The notes: generated from the sequence alone by a model not told the origin. A stretch of 64,000 nt of DNA from Phoronis australis (GCA_002633005.1 NMRA01000148.1:682001-746000), one strand, 5' to 3'; positions 10,926 through 25,248 are shown, numbered from the stretch's first letter. Numbers and translations: made by a program.

Positions 10926-13900
10926 GCCTGTGGAAAAACAAGAAAAAATATAAAAATCACTACCTCGATGCACGAGTAAAACAGATAGAACAAGACATAA
11001 ACATAATATCGTCAACACTCGAAGACCAAGTGAGCATTAACGATATCCTATTGAGAGGAGGGTTGTCTGCCAATTACCAGACAGACAACACAGTCACCAG
11101 ATTTGCAAGCAATTTACTAAATTCGAGTTCAGCACTTGACTCACCTAATTGTGAGATGATTCACAACAGCATAATATTGGATTCGACCGATGACGACGAT
11201 GATTTTACCTTTGCATATCCAAGAGCACTTCCCAGGTCAAGGACGACCGCAGCCCAAGATGATATGAGATCAAGAAGAGTACCATTCTTCAAAAGAAGAC
11301 TTTTGACAAAGGACAGACGACAGATTACAAAACCTGCCTCGCATCAAGTGAGACAAAAGTGGTCAGCATTTAGAAACAAAAACAATGACAGAACTCGCAC
11401 GTACAGTGACTGGCTAAAGGGATTAACGAGCGCACGACAATTGGCTAAAGACTCGACTGACAGAAGACGAAAGTTTAAAGACTTTTACCAAACTGTTTCC
11501 AATGTTACACCAATAGCCGGTACAAGTCGTTTAAATGAGACTGGGTCGGGTGTTGTTGCAACGTCTCAAAACGTGATCGATGTTCTACCCCGCAAATGTG
11601 AATCAGAAGATGAAGAAAAAAAGACAATTAAGGCAACGAAATTCTGTCCAATGTCGATATTCAAGAAAAAAAGTGTCGACGGCACAGAAATCGTGACAAA
11701 AAAGTCAGACCTGAAATACCCACCGTTAAAAATTGCAACCGTGCCAAAGGACGTAGTCTCAGAACATACGCCTTCCACAAGCGAGACAGACAGTAATCTC
11801 GCTGAAAACCAAACACCCGTTGATAAAGAGCACATTTTCAAAACGTTCAGGCACTTGATTCAACTGAAAGGCGAAAAAGAGAAAGAACTTCAGCTACGTC
11901 GACAAATAAAAATGAACATGGTCGCAATAACACCTGCACAAGACGAAAAGTGTAACAAAATGGTAGGAATTCAGATTGACTCCTCAAATGAGAAACAACA
12001 GGTGGAGGAGAGGCTACACAGTGCAGTTGCAATTGACTGCAGAAGCCCAGGGTGCCCTGAAGACCTATCAACGGGAAACGGAAACAAAAGCAAAGAAGAC
12101 TTAATGAAGCTGGTGAAAGAAACGAAGGAGATTTGTACAAATGTTTTTCAATTGCTGAACAAATTAATGCAAGCTGACTGTTCTAAAAATTCTACGGTTC
12201 AAAAACACGAAATTTCTTCAACGTCAGGTGAAATAACGAAAGGTCATTCCATGACCGCTCAGACGTTGAGAGAAATGTTGCAAACTGAATTCAATAAATT
12301 GATATCGAATAAAATTTTCACTACATTGTCGGAACAAAGCAATCACCTGGTACATCAGAACAACAAAATGGCAGATTTGATTCAAAGGATAAACGTGACT
12401 AGCAAGAACCTCATCAACCTTCAGCACAGCTTAGGTGCCGTGATAGCCGACAAGAACGACGAGTTTGCGAGGATGAAAACTTCTCTTGACCAACTTAGGA
12501 TAAGACTCAACGTGAGGACAGATCAATTTGAGAACGTAACCAAGGCTGTTCTGTCCAATTCCAAAGAATTGAGTAATGTCCGAAATGACATAAAGACGTT
12601 GTTAAATTACTGTGCTTTGCCCGCAAACGGAAATGAAAAAACAATAAAACTTAATCCGCCATTTCAATCGAACAATAAGTATGCAACTTTCATGGATCAA
12701 AATGACGTTTTCACTTCCAACATAAGTTCTTTGCCTCTGCCGAGCACATCTGGTTTGATGTTTTTCAACGACAAGAATGAACCAAAAACTAACAACAAAA
12801 AGAAACCAACTAAATGGCTATTTGACGATGTCGGGCACTTGCCAGGATGGAACTTTAGCGATTTAGAACCTGAGCAGGCGAACTTGAAGTACAACAAACC
12901 TGCACTCAAAGACACTCAGGTGCTAGTATGCAGTTCAACGGCAGAAGTCAACATGTCAGACAAAACCACTACAAAACTGACACCAATGCAGCAGGCTAAC
13001 TTAGATTCAACTAAAAGGGAAAGCCAAGTCATGCAGGCTACATGTTCGAAAGTTACTCTGAAGCGTGGGAAACCAAACACGACAGGTCGTATCATATACG
13101 ACATGCCGCCTATAGAACAACGAATGATCAGCACTGGTCTCAGTCCAAAAGCTGCGGCAAAACCACCCATTTATCAGCACAATGACGTCATAGTGTCACC
13201 AGAAGCAACGTCTAGCATCCCAACAGGCCATGTTAAAGACAAAAAAAACAATGAAACATCTGTTGACGAGCCAGCAAGAACAAGTGCTTCTGATATTAAC
13301 CCTTCACCAAACGAAGAAATTGCTACCTGTAAAGTACAATCCACAAAACCAGTACTTAAGACGAAAGCGGATGAGGAGGTCAAGTTAAAAAGCGCGCCAA
13401 ATGCGAACAAAGAAGCAACAGAGGCCAATTTGCCCATTGAAAGCAGTAGCAGTTGCATATCTGTTACTTCGTGGCAGAGTAGTGAGTCCAATAAAACATT
13501 CGTTTCCTTCTTGAGTTACACGCCCGAACGTAAATCCAAGGAAGATGTACGAGAGGGTAAAGCGGTTGAAGAGATATGTGGTAAACAACAGGAGGATGTT
13601 CTCGAAACAGCCGCATCAAAGAAAGTTTCTTCGCAAAAAGATGTGTTTCCGGAAAATGATATCGGCGTCACTGAACCCGAAAGTGATTTAAAAGTGCACA
13701 AGTCGGCTAACGGAGTCTCCGAAATCAGTGTCACTGACATGACTTGTTCAATGTCTGGTTCGTCGAGCAGTTTCCTTTCATTTCCGTCGACAAGCGACTT
13801 CAGTTTTTCCGAGACTGAGATGAAGGATAATGGAAGTCAGTCCAATGAAGAAAAGACGGATCTGAAGAATGATGTGCTTTGGAACAGTAATCACAAGGAA

Positions 13901-14464
13901 TGCCAAAAAATTGAAGACAAGATCACTTCTCTGATGGAGCTCCTTACGAAGAGGGACATAAACAGACAACTTCAGACTTCAGAGTTGGACAAACTGTGTG
14001 TGAAGCTAAAAGAAACGTGTACATTGTGCGATGAACGGGATGAGATGTACAGGAAGACGGTGAATAACTACAAAGAGCAGTTGGACGAAAAGCGTTCGCA
14101 GCTGATGAAACAGGAATGGCAAATGGAGAACTTGAGGAACGAGAATATGAAGTGCAACTCAACGATAACAGAAATGGAATCAAAGATGAAGAAATTAAAC
14201 ACCGAGTTAAGTGAGAAGGACGACATTTTAGGATGTCTTCAGATTGAGAATAGACAGCTAAAAGGAATGATTACGGAGTTGGATAGTAAGATAATGGTGA
14301 ACGAAGGTATCATCGAGGAAATGAAATCAGCGAATCAAACCTTGAGCGATAAGCTGCACAAACTGAAGAAACAACAAGCGAGCGGTAGCGGGAAGACTCA
14401 TACGAAAAGCCGCGAAAATCCTGAAACAGTTGGTGAGTTAATTAGGCAATTATACTTTCAGTGA
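10926..14464 (+). CDS. Large terminal exon of an uncharacterised Ser/Thr/Lys/Glu-rich protein with two predicted coiled-coil regions (5'-partial)
   Basis: The uninterrupted 1144-codon ORF stays open upstream of the listed GTG to a good acceptor ttttacAG|G at 10925/10926. Heptad-like segments occur at ORF residues ~410-525 and ~960-1115. No recognisable catalytic motif. Confidence 0.75.
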
Positions 14465-14505
14465 TAAAATGATCGGTCGGCTACATTATGGCGTATTCCC
14501 GTTTC

Positions 14506-14637
14506 CAGGGGCGGATCCNGGCAGAGTATTAGCCAGGATTTTGTCCGGCAGGCATTCGTACCCCCGAACTGCCAAATGGAATCTGGGGGAATTTTAGAGG
14601 GTCCATGGCCCCCTTGGCCCCCCTCTAAATCCGCCCG
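14506..14637. mobile_element. Short CAGGGGCGGATCC-type MITE
   Basis: Starts caggggcggatcc and ends ggcccccctctaaatccgccc. Confidence 0.6.
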
Positions 14638-17600
14638 ACACTGGTTGCTCCCAACTTGTTCGATTCTATACCTCAACAACAAGTTGGAAAGTTTACCCCT
14701 GTAGCCAATATTTTACACGACTGATTAACTCATTCTGGCATTTACAGTTGGAGGGCCAGCTTTCTTTTGTTCGATAATTGCTCTAATATCCAAAAAGATC
14801 GTATCTACGCCGACTGGGTTGCGCTGTTAAAAATAAAAGTTAAGTTCTAACATTTTTGAGCATAAACTAATAGCATTTCTGAAATCTTCGTCAAATGGTG
14901 ATCATGTTTAGTTTTTGAATCGCCAAAATCGCCCAACTGCAACCGAAGTTACGACAATCTATTCTTTCCGAATACAACAATTCCCTCTGAGTTTGACTGT
15001 GTTCACACGTGCTCTGCAATAAGCCTGGTAGACAATTGGCCTGCTTGTTGTCGTAACAGACAAGAGTGTGCTTGGCAGTTAACAAAGAAGCTAGATGTTA
15101 TCACACGCTCAGCACCCCCTACGTCTGGTAAAGTCACTGAACGGGAAAACGTTGTCATGAAAACGGCAATAATTACAGCATGAACGTTATGGTCCCACGT
15201 TAAGGATATAACGACAAGACAAAGCAAAAACCAACTTTGAATTGACTTAAACATACCAGTTTTCATTGACAAGTTGACAGACAGCACAATACAATAAATA
15301 TGTGAATCCAAACGAACATTATGCGATCATGTCCGTTTGTTTCGGAACACGGTCTCGTCTAGTTGTTTGCGCCTGCGAAGAACTGAGTAGATGGTTTCAA
15401 CACCAGAACATGGTACATAGCGGATCTTTAAACCGATATTGAGCAGTATTTCTGTAAAATGACTGTTACCTTACTACATCCCTTTCACGCAAATGGCAAG
15501 TCAAATGTTTTGATTTAATTTCGTAACGGTCATAAAAAATCTCGAGTGGTTATGCCCACTTCTCGTTTTCTAGGGTCATGTTATTTTTGTCTTAACTAAC
15601 CGCTTCATTCTTGTTTTATCTTATTTTGAAGCTATTTCTGACTCGTCGTTTTGTGCGTTACTTGTTGGCATATTAGTGGCTTAGCGTTTAAAAGGGCATT
15701 TCGCCGCTGTTTGGCAGCCGATGTTGAATTTTTAGTCCAAGCGCTTGCGAACTTATATAAGCCGGCAACTCAAGTCCTGTGCACTGCGTAGTACACGCGC
15801 CATTTACGAATTAGCAATTTTGAGGCAGGCTAACTCCAGTAAACACGTTTTCTTGAGTTGCTGATGTTTTGGATGTTCTTATTGGTAACGAAAATAGAAA
15901 CCTGCCAAGATAAAGGCTGGTCATGAATCATCTGAAATTCGAGCATCTGTGCTGCAAGTTAGCTTGTCACGGTGCGGCGTCATTTTATGTGTCGGACATG
16001 TCCTCAATGGTATCAAACTGTCATTTCTGTACGAGCCCTGAAATCCCTTCTAATCCGAGTACGCACTACGTTTAATTAATGGCAAGTGGTTTAAATCCAA
16101 CGTTCGCTTGCTCAATGGAACACGTATTTACAATCGCTTTAGCCATGCATAAGACAAAGAAAAGCATCTCAGCCTTGACGCAGTTTGTAGTAATACACTC
16201 TATTTTTCAATCCTATTTCATTGTAATGAATTTCTGGAACCGAGTGGAACAAAATTAAAGCAGAAACAAAAATCTAAGTAAAGACCAGGCCCAATCTTTT
16301 TACTCAACACCAAAATCGAAATTATATTTAAGCGGTATTTTCTATTCTGCATTTGTTCGAACTCAAGATAAGTAGGCCTATCGTAATATTCTATGTTCCA
16401 GTACATAACGGCTTACGTAAATAACCGTCGAATCCCATTTTGCAATTAATTGCCCCAGCATTAAGGCTAAAAGCTCCGAGTCTGAACTTGAAATTCCGAG
16501 TTTTTACTCCGCGAAATCTTGACTTTTTTGAAATTTGTAGCCAGAATCTAAGGATCATCAAGTGCAAACTTGGCTTAGACTCGCATGCATGAACCAAAAT
16601 GTTCTTTTCGAGCACAAGATAATAGACACTATCTTGAGTTCCACAAAAGTGTGGTTATAAACTTCGTGGATGCTGATGTCTGGGTAAGTTTTTGCTTCCA
16701 TACATAGATTTACCATTTACTTACAGCTGAATGCTTGCCTCAATGACAGGGCATTGTGTAACAAGCTGGCAAGGTTAGTTTCATTAAGGTTATCTCTTCT
16801 CGAAATATCTAAGCAATTAGCAACTGTCAATTCATACGAGTACGGTATATATTTTCTGAAACAAGGAATCCAGACAAATCTATTCATGTCATTCACAACA
16901 CTCATTCTTGTGGTTACTTGACCACGCGTTTTTGGCAAAAATGTCACACAAGACACACATCCTGAATTGAGGTGCTGATAACAATTTCAAGAGTACCCAA
17001 AAAAATGTCTCCCATAGTTACAATATATATCAAACTGTTAGGTGACTGACCACTACCTGATTATGTGAACCACTCAAAGATCTGTTGTAGGCAATGATAG
17101 TCACAACAGACAGTAAACGGTAATACATTAGCACATTTTCACAATCTTTTCTTAACTTGGGTAATCCTCTCAATACAAAATATAAATACTGGTCTCCCAG
17201 AGAACACTAACAAAAATGCACAAATAACAATATTAGCTTTAACCTCTATTTTGCTCCTCAAACTGATTAAAATCCCAACTTAAATTGGTGGATTTTAATT
17301 GGCAAATGTCAGCCAAATCCATGGTCCACCATCCGAAAGCATAGACTACTCTGAGACAGACAGCCTGAATGACTAATTGCTAAAGGAAGGCATTGTCAAA
17401 TTTTTAGTGTGATAAAGCACTGACCATAACAGAAATAGGCTTCAGAATAGAGCTAAAATTAGCAATTAAAACAAAGGTTAAAATTAGCAATAAATTTTAT
17501 TAATGTGAATGAAGTTGTTACATGTTCGCCCTTTATGAGCATAGAAAACAACATAGCACCAATCCACATCTGTACACACCTACTTCTGAGAGGTTCTGTC

Positions 17601-18175
17601 ATACAGGGAGAAGTAAAATTGTGTAAAACATTTTTGAATTGAATCTTGGACTAGCTTCTGCTACATTGCCTCATTCTAGGACACCTCAAAGAGGATTTCC
17701 CAGCCTGTGAGCCACGAACAAAACAGTTAGAATCAGCATCAACTTGCCGGAAAACATCACAGTGAGAAATCATCCATCTAAATACATGAGCGCAATGATT
17801 GATGATGACATCAACACATTTACTATGTGTTAAGATTATCGCCTGGAACTGCGACTCCAACTCCGTTTTAAGCGCAAGGCCAAGCCAGTTCTGTCGGACC
17901 ATCCACAGGTGTTCCTTGAAGAGAACTTGTCAACCAGCGAGTAAATGGAAAAATAAAGACACTACTCAGAAAAGTATCACTCAAAATATGCCAATATCTG
18001 AAATAATTCAGGCATCTTCCATCTTCACAGCTGCCAACCAGACACTCATTAACACAGCCAATTCTTTCAGATGTCTCATCCAAGGCATAGTTCAGACAGC
18101 AAAATAGCAAAGATACCGATGCTATTACACACGCAACCTTGGTCTTGACAGGGTCCAGCTCGGCACTCGTTGAAA

Positions 18176-21100
18176 CTACTGTGTCTTTGTGCCATTTCTT
18201 CCCCCATGTGAATGTCCACTTGGCTGCCTGGAGTGCACCATGAAACTATTACAAACAACTGCTTCCACCAGGTGGCGTTCCTCTACAACAAAAATAACAA
18301 AATAAAAATTGTAAAGTTGACACCCTTTTGTGTTGTTGTTGTTGTGTGACTAAGCACGTGCCAAGTTCTGGGAAAAAACAATGTTTCTAATACCTACCAT
18401 AGAATATCTCCGAGTTCATAAACATGGTCACTTTGAATAGAATCTAAAGTTACGTGGTTTCCAATAATTCACCAAAAAGAATAAAAAAAGAAGTTGCCAA
18501 TACTTTCCAAAGGAAACATTGAAAAAAGTGCTAAATTTGGATACCTGTGTTTCTCATTCTTATTTTGCCATCTGTCAACTTTACTTCTTCTGTGTAATAG
18601 TATCTTGTAATCTTTTATGTACTCCTAAACTGAACAGTAAAAATAAGAGGTGGGCCACTACCCTGTTGTGATGCGCAATCATGTACACGGCACAAGGATG
18701 GATCCACTGCATAATAACACAAGCATGCGAAATCCAAATATCCACTGTGCTATGATGTTCTGACATCCCCCATGTTCAAAAAATAACATTTATGGGCTCC
18801 TGATTCAGACTTTTGCAATTCTTATGGATTTTTACTGAAAAGTAAAAACTTTGAAAAATTGGCAGATAGGCGACATTATTGTGAATCCTGATTGCTGTGA
18901 ACACTGAGATACAGAGTTGCAAGTGTACTTCAGAGTAAAGTGTCGTGGAAAACAGCAGCAGAAATTCAAATGAATATTATTTTTAAATAGCTATTAAAAT
19001 TTCAAGTGACCCACCATTCATCGTGCCATAACAAGTGTTTGTCCGTTTCCTTATCAAAAATATTTTCAGTGCAATGTGCAAGGTGCAAGTGACTTCCCTT
19101 ATGCACTAATCAATAAATATCAGTAAATATATAGGTGCCACATTTCAACATGAACCTAAGCTTACCTTTAGTCTGTGCCTCCTGCACCAGACCCCTGAGC
19201 GCTTTGCGTGCATATTTGAGGAGGAATTTCTGACAACACCGAATGGATCCTGGGCAAAAGAAAGCTCATTATAAAAAAATCAACTTTCTGCGGTGATTGT
19301 AGAAACATCAATATGCCCAAACAAAACTTAATTTTTTCAGATAAACAACAATTCACTAACTAACAGGGTAATTTTGAAGTCCTTAAGTAACCCACTTTGT
19401 TGAAAATCAATGCCAAAAACACTTTGAATTAGACAACTGACTTCAGAAAATTTACTATTGTAACATTGGTTTCCACATCTACCCAACTTAAATTAGAAGT
19501 GATATGGGGGACATAAACTGGTTACGAGACCAAGCTATAGAGGGAATTACTAATAGGAACATTCAGACTTTACTAATGAGACCCTCATGTTGACATTGCA
19601 TGACATAAATTTGCCTCTTATTCACTAGTAACCACATTTAAATGAGTTGAATTTCTTCTCACAGTCTTACAACAAATAGATCAAAATCTTGAACAGCAAC
19701 TGCAAGAGTGAAGTCTGGTGAGAAATCCTTAAGGCAAAAATCAGGAGAAATCACAATATAGGATGGGAACTTGGCATATTTTGATCTGTCACCTTTAATT
19801 AACATTTACGTTTGGGAAGCAGAGAGATAAATTCTGTTCGTGCTCCACTATTTTGGTCACACATTTCAAGCAGCAAGCTTAAATCCTCTGGTATCGTTTA
19901 AGCCTTGTTTACAAACATTGTTTTTTTAGCATATAGTGGTGCATGACTCAAAACATGCTTAACAGGCCCCCAAATGTATGGCTACAGGCCTACATGTATT
20001 TAGAAAATTTTCTGGATATAGGCACATAGGTCTGCTTTTGGAGCCACAACTATGATTTCTTAGGGTTTATCGGGTTTATCAAAATGAACAAGTGCATCTC
20101 AGTTATCGGGTAACTCAGTTTTTTTAGATGACCACTTTAATCATCAAGTTGTTTTCAGGAATACACTTAAAGCCATACAAACACTAGATCATGACCGATT
20201 TTCTGTTTATATTCACACTTTCCTACAGTATGCCCTGGGGTACTTGAAAGGTAAAAGATGTGCCGTTTTCTAAAAATTATTATGCTCTGGGACTTATTAT
20301 CAACAGTTCCTGGCATCTGCAAGTCCCTCTGATCTGCCAACAAGTACACTTACCTGAGAGATGAAGTGTTCTGAATTGCGCATCATAGGCACCAATTTTA
20401 GTCACCATCGGTAGAGACGACATGACAAGTTTGTGAGCCCCTCGCGGACACCGAATCATCACCGTGTTGGTGTAAGGGTTTAGATAATTTACTGAAAGTT
20501 AGAAGCAGAGCATTTATTGTAAGACATGCTCCATATGGTTATTGATTTTAAAAATATTTTTTGTTTGGAAAAATAATTTAAACAATATTACATTTTTAAA
20601 GAGGAAGACATAACGTAACACAAAATGGCCGCAATGCAATTTCAGGGACTATAAACTGGATACGTTATTAGCACTGATTTGAGTAGGCGAGTCCATCTAA
20701 AGAAAGAACAAGTGAAAAAAGTCTTGAAGATGTATTTGCATGTTCATAACTATGCTAATGTGCAGCAGGAACTAAACAAAGATGCTACATAATCTATGCT
20801 AAACAAAGTGCAGTTGTATTCACCGACAACTTGCAAATGTGAAAAAAAAATCTGCAAATATGTGAACTCTGCACAAAAGACAGACCTCGCGGCTCACATC
20901 ATGCAGTGTTATTCCGCAGCACCATGTCACAATACTTACTAAACACGGTTCAGTGATTTGCAGCAGATCACTGTCTGCAAAAAACTCATTCTCTTCATTT
21001 GGCAAGTTTCAACATACTTCATATTCACATCGTCGCTATATGTTGTTTCAAAATAATTTGACCAAGGAATCACAGAGATAAGAAATTAGCGTGCAAGTTC

Positions 21101-24100
21101 CACTTGCCATTAGACAACTCTTATCTTAACACCATCAATGGGGAATGAAATCCCATTGTCCATGGACCAAGAACCTGCAGTTTGCTCAGGAATTCTGACA
21201 GTCCCAAGTAGGTGAGCTGGGTAATCACGACAGTCTTATCACGATTGTCATCATGGCAGCGCATACAATAAACCATTCATCATAGAGAGGGTAACACAAG
21301 AAATGTTAAATTCAATGTTTTTAGAGTAACATCTATGGCTGTTTAGGTTAACATATCCTATAAAACAAAAAGTACCGGTAATATGTGTATGTGCTCAAAC
21401 CATCCAAAGGACTATCAAGATGTACAGTGAGCAGTCTTTTGCCTGATATTAGACTTGATGAGTCAGAGTTTTACAGGCATCTTTATTTCTCCCAGCATAG
21501 TCATGACAATTCAAGTCTATATGCAATGTGATGCCCAGAAGGCTGACTTTCAAGACCAGATTCCTCATAAAAGAGTGCCTTTTCCGACATAATTACTCAC
21601 AAAAGGGTTCACTCCAGGGCTTTGAAACTTTACGAAAGATTCCTTTCCCCACAAATCTAGAAGTTTCCATCTATTAAAAACTTAATTTTATTGCAAAGGA
21701 TTTCCTTGTTTTTATCAACATGCCATCTCTTAGTGTAAAACTTTTTAGGTTAAAAATTCAGGTGTTGGAGAATCCATGCAAAAGCGTTAAATTTATGGGA
21801 TTAACTCCTAAAAAGGTGGCGTTTCAGGAACAACGTTCAATGAAAGGGTGACTTTATCATGGAAGGTCCGTGCAAATGGGTGCTTTTTTGCATCCATTCT
21901 CTAACTGTGTGGGTGTTCTAATTTTCCAGCTGTAACCGCATCACAAATATAGTTGAGTGCCTCCCTGAAATGACTGCTCTAGGAGCTGGAATGACTGCTT
22001 TTGAATTTTTGTAACAATGAACCATGCAGACCTTCTCCATCTGTCCATCGGTGAAACCTCGTAATCCAGCCATGATCCGGGTTCCACTCATGGATGTTTA
22101 CCATTGCGGCAACACATTTTGGAGGTACAGTTATTCAAAAACTTTTGTGTAAAGTGGCAGCTGGTATATGTATCAAGCTTTACCATCCAATGACTGACGA
22201 ACAAGACTGATCCCGTAGTCCCCATGAAGTTCTGTGACGCAATTGATGACGCACGACTTCACATCTTGACCAGTGATATTTCTTTCTACTCGACGATTAT
22301 CTGTGAAGACTATCTCACACAAAACATATCTGGAAAATATAACGGGATCTTAAATTCTAAATGTGTACTATAGACCAAACAATGAGTGTGGGATGAATAC
22401 CGGTGAAAGTAGTATTGTGAAAGATTTTTTTTCATTTCGTATTTTCTAGGTAACCATTAAATTTTCAGTACAAAGCAAAAGTAAACGGACAAAATACTCC
22501 ATGTCATGATGGCTAGTTCTGTTAACAGCAAAAATGGCTAATGGTAATACTACTATGGGGGAAAATTCTAAGTGCAGAATGGCTTAGCCACCTGTCTAAC
22601 TTTCTTGTTAATTCCACTTCATTCTCAGACATGAGGGGAGACAACTCTCAGCCATGAGGGCCTGTATACATATGATGAATTCTGCTTTTGCCCAGCTGTA
22701 ATGATGGGGAATTTCAGGGCAATAATTTTGTCCGAATACTTAGGCATGTGACCACCAGCAGAAAATGACAATTACAATGCACTGCTTTAAAATGAACAAT
22801 CTTCAGGAAACTATGCAAGCTGGGAATCCTGGGACAACATGTTACTGTCCCGTCAGCACTCAATGCTACAAAAACACAAGACAATAACAGCCACCAGGTG
22901 GCACTGACATCGTGCCCAAAATCAAATTTCTGAGGTTTTGGAAGACGTGAAAAAGGCTGGGGTGTAAACCATTACAAGACAATAGTCCCCCACAGTCATG
23001 CGTCACTATCGAGACCAGTAAAGTTTTGCCGATAAGATTTTACTAGTGCTTACGAAGTGGTTCTCACGTCTCTCACGATTCAGTGACCGGTCGGCTCCGA
23101 GTATAGTCCGATTACCTCTCGTCGTCAGTCTTCTAAGGTCGTCCGCCATCTTGTTTCGCGTGCAGCGCTGCCACGCGGGACTTAGCGTTCCAATTTGGAA
23201 CGCTCGTCTGCACGTTAGGTTCTAACCTCTCGGGAGAAACACGCGTGGAAGAACTGAGACTAAAATTAATGCATTTGCCGACTGTTTTTTTGAGACCACT
23301 TAAAAACTTGTTGATTTTACTAATGCACTTTTTTGTTCATTTTCAGAAGATATTTTCGAAATTAAAATTTCTTCAGACGGAACAAAAAGCAACCCAGGGA
23401 TTGTTTATGCAATGTATCTATTTGTCCCAGGCACTAACCGACATCTGTTAGGTCAAAGGAAAAACGCAGCAGACAAATGGAACACGCTGGGTGCTTAACA
23501 GTTTCGGCCCACGCCTTGGTCATCAAAATATTGTTCACTTGTTTTTTTATTGCAAAACACAGTACTGAACTCAACATTTATGTTGAAAATTTTGGTTAAA
23601 GCATTTTGAATTTATTTGAAGAAAATTAAAATACTTGAATTGNNNNNNNNNNNNNNNNNNNNNNNNNNNNNNNNNNNNNNNNNNNNNNNNNNNNNNNNNN
23701 NNNNNNNNNNNNNNNNNNNNNNNNNNNNNNNNNNNNNNNNNNNNNNNNNNNNNNNNNNNNNNNNNNNNNNNNNNNNNNNNNNNNNNNNNNNNNNNNNNNN
23801 NNNNNNNNNNNNNNNNNNNNNNNNNNNNNNNNNNNNNNNNNNNNNNNNNNNNNNNNNNNNNNNNNNNNNNNNNNNNNNNNNNNNNNNNNNNNNNNNNNNN
23901 NNNNNNNNNNNNNNNNNNNNNNNNNNNNNNNNNNNNNNNNNNNNNNNNNNNNNNNNNNNNNNNNNNNNNNNNNNNNNNNNNNNNNNNNNNNNNNNNNNNN
24001 NNNNNNNNNNNNNNNNNNNNNNNNNNNNNNNNNNNNNNNNNNNNNNNNNNNNNNNNNNNNNNNNNNNNNNNNNNNNNNNNNNNNNNNNNNNNNNNNNNNN

Positions 24101-24459
24101 NNNGGTAAATGCATTAATTTTAGTCTCAGTTCTTCCACGCGTGTTTCTCCCGAGAGGTTAGTACCTAACGTGCAGACGAGCGTTCCAAATTGGAACGCTA
24201 AGTCCCGCGTGGCAGCGCTGCACGCGAAACAAGATGGCGGACGACCTTTGGAGACTGACGACGAGAGGTAATCGGACTATATATGACGGGAGTCCACGGC
24301 ACAAGTATACAAGTTACTTATTTAGAAAGGTCGTAAGCGAACATAGTCTGCATTCAACTAGTGATTTAAGCAACAGGTAAATCGGTAACGCAAAGGCGCT
24401 GGGTCCTATGTTGAACACTGGCCTACAAAGCGAACAAACCTGTTTTTGAAGCGGACCAT
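18176..24459 (-). CDS. POP5: Ribonuclease P/MRP protein subunit POP5 (5 coding exons, 164 aa)
   Basis: Exons: 24459-24440 (MVRFKNR), 22329-22184 (YVLCEIVF...ELHGDYG), 20491-20354 (VNYLNPYTNTVMIRCPRG...FRTLHLSG), 19249-19166 (SIRCCQKFLLKY...) and 18282-18176 (EERHLVE...*). All introns are GT-AG with consistent phases, and the motifs match the Rpp14/Pop5 family. Confidence 0.95.
23104..24279. mobile_element. Non-autonomous DNA transposon with ~175-bp near-perfect terminal inverted repeats in POP5 intron 1 (spans the assembly gap)
   Basis: 23104-~23277 is the reverse complement of 24104-24279 with few mismatches. Termini are TAGTCCGATTACC...GGTAATCGGACTA, flanked by TA on both sides. Confidence 0.8.
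23643..24103. other. Assembly gap
   Basis: Run of N. Confidence 0.99.
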
Positions 24460-24774
24460 GGCATCATGGACTTCTATAATCTATGATGGCTGAACAATTT
24501 CTAACTCGCCATCTATTGGCAGAGGACGACATCTCTTCTAACTCTCGCTCGCCACCCTGGCTCAGTGCCGCTCCGATCCGAGCCGGCGGTCACTGAGATT
24601 GTGTCGATGTGAGCTTAGCGCCGCTTCAGATGTGTTATATTTTCAGCTCAAAATGGGTTTGAAAATATACCTGTCGAAGTTAACAAGAATTTGCCTAAGT
24701 CAGTAACCTATTACTGTGTAGTCTTCTGTCTTTTTGTGAACGGACTGTAGTGACCGTGAAAAGGCTTTAAGATT

Positions 24775-25037
24775 CATGGGCGCACCCAGGGGGGCTCGAG
24801 GGGCTCGAACGAGCCTCCCATTTGGCGAAGTAGGCAAAAACGTCCGCCTCTGAGAGACAAAAAGTCCGAGAAAATGAGACAAAAGTCCGTTAAGCAAGCA
24901 CAAACGCGCAATACACTGGTGCTCCCGTTTTTTTTTGTTCATTAATTTTTTTAGTCCGCCCGCATTTTTGTTACCAAAAGGTCCACAACGTCGGGAAATT
25001 CGAGCCCCCCCCATATTGAAGGCTGGGTGCACGCATG
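24775..25037. mobile_element. MITE with 15-bp imperfect TIRs
   Basis: CATGGGCGCACCCAG ... CTGGGTGCACGCATG (13/15 match), with G/C-run subterminal motifs. Confidence 0.6.
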
Positions 25038-25248
25038 TAATTCAGGCGCCGACCAACTTGAAGACGTAACGCCGTCTGTGGTCTACTGTGATTTGCCTCT
25101 AATATAGAGAGCCACTGAACGGTTGGCTGATGAGCTCTGTCGTGCGCATATTTTAGGCCCCTGCAGCACTTGTATCTGAAAACTGATGATTTAAAAAATA
25201 TTTTTGTTCATTGTTTAGCATGCGCTTGCGCTTTACTTCAATTACAAT

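Noticed and set aside
17651-18175. Cys-rich ORFs or a selenoprotein-like read-through after POP5
   Set aside because: POP5 ends in TAG at the expected length. The downstream frames lack a proper start or recognisable domain and most likely are 3' UTR.
23616-24161. ORFs of 157-181 aa
   Set aside because: Artefacts of the N gap.
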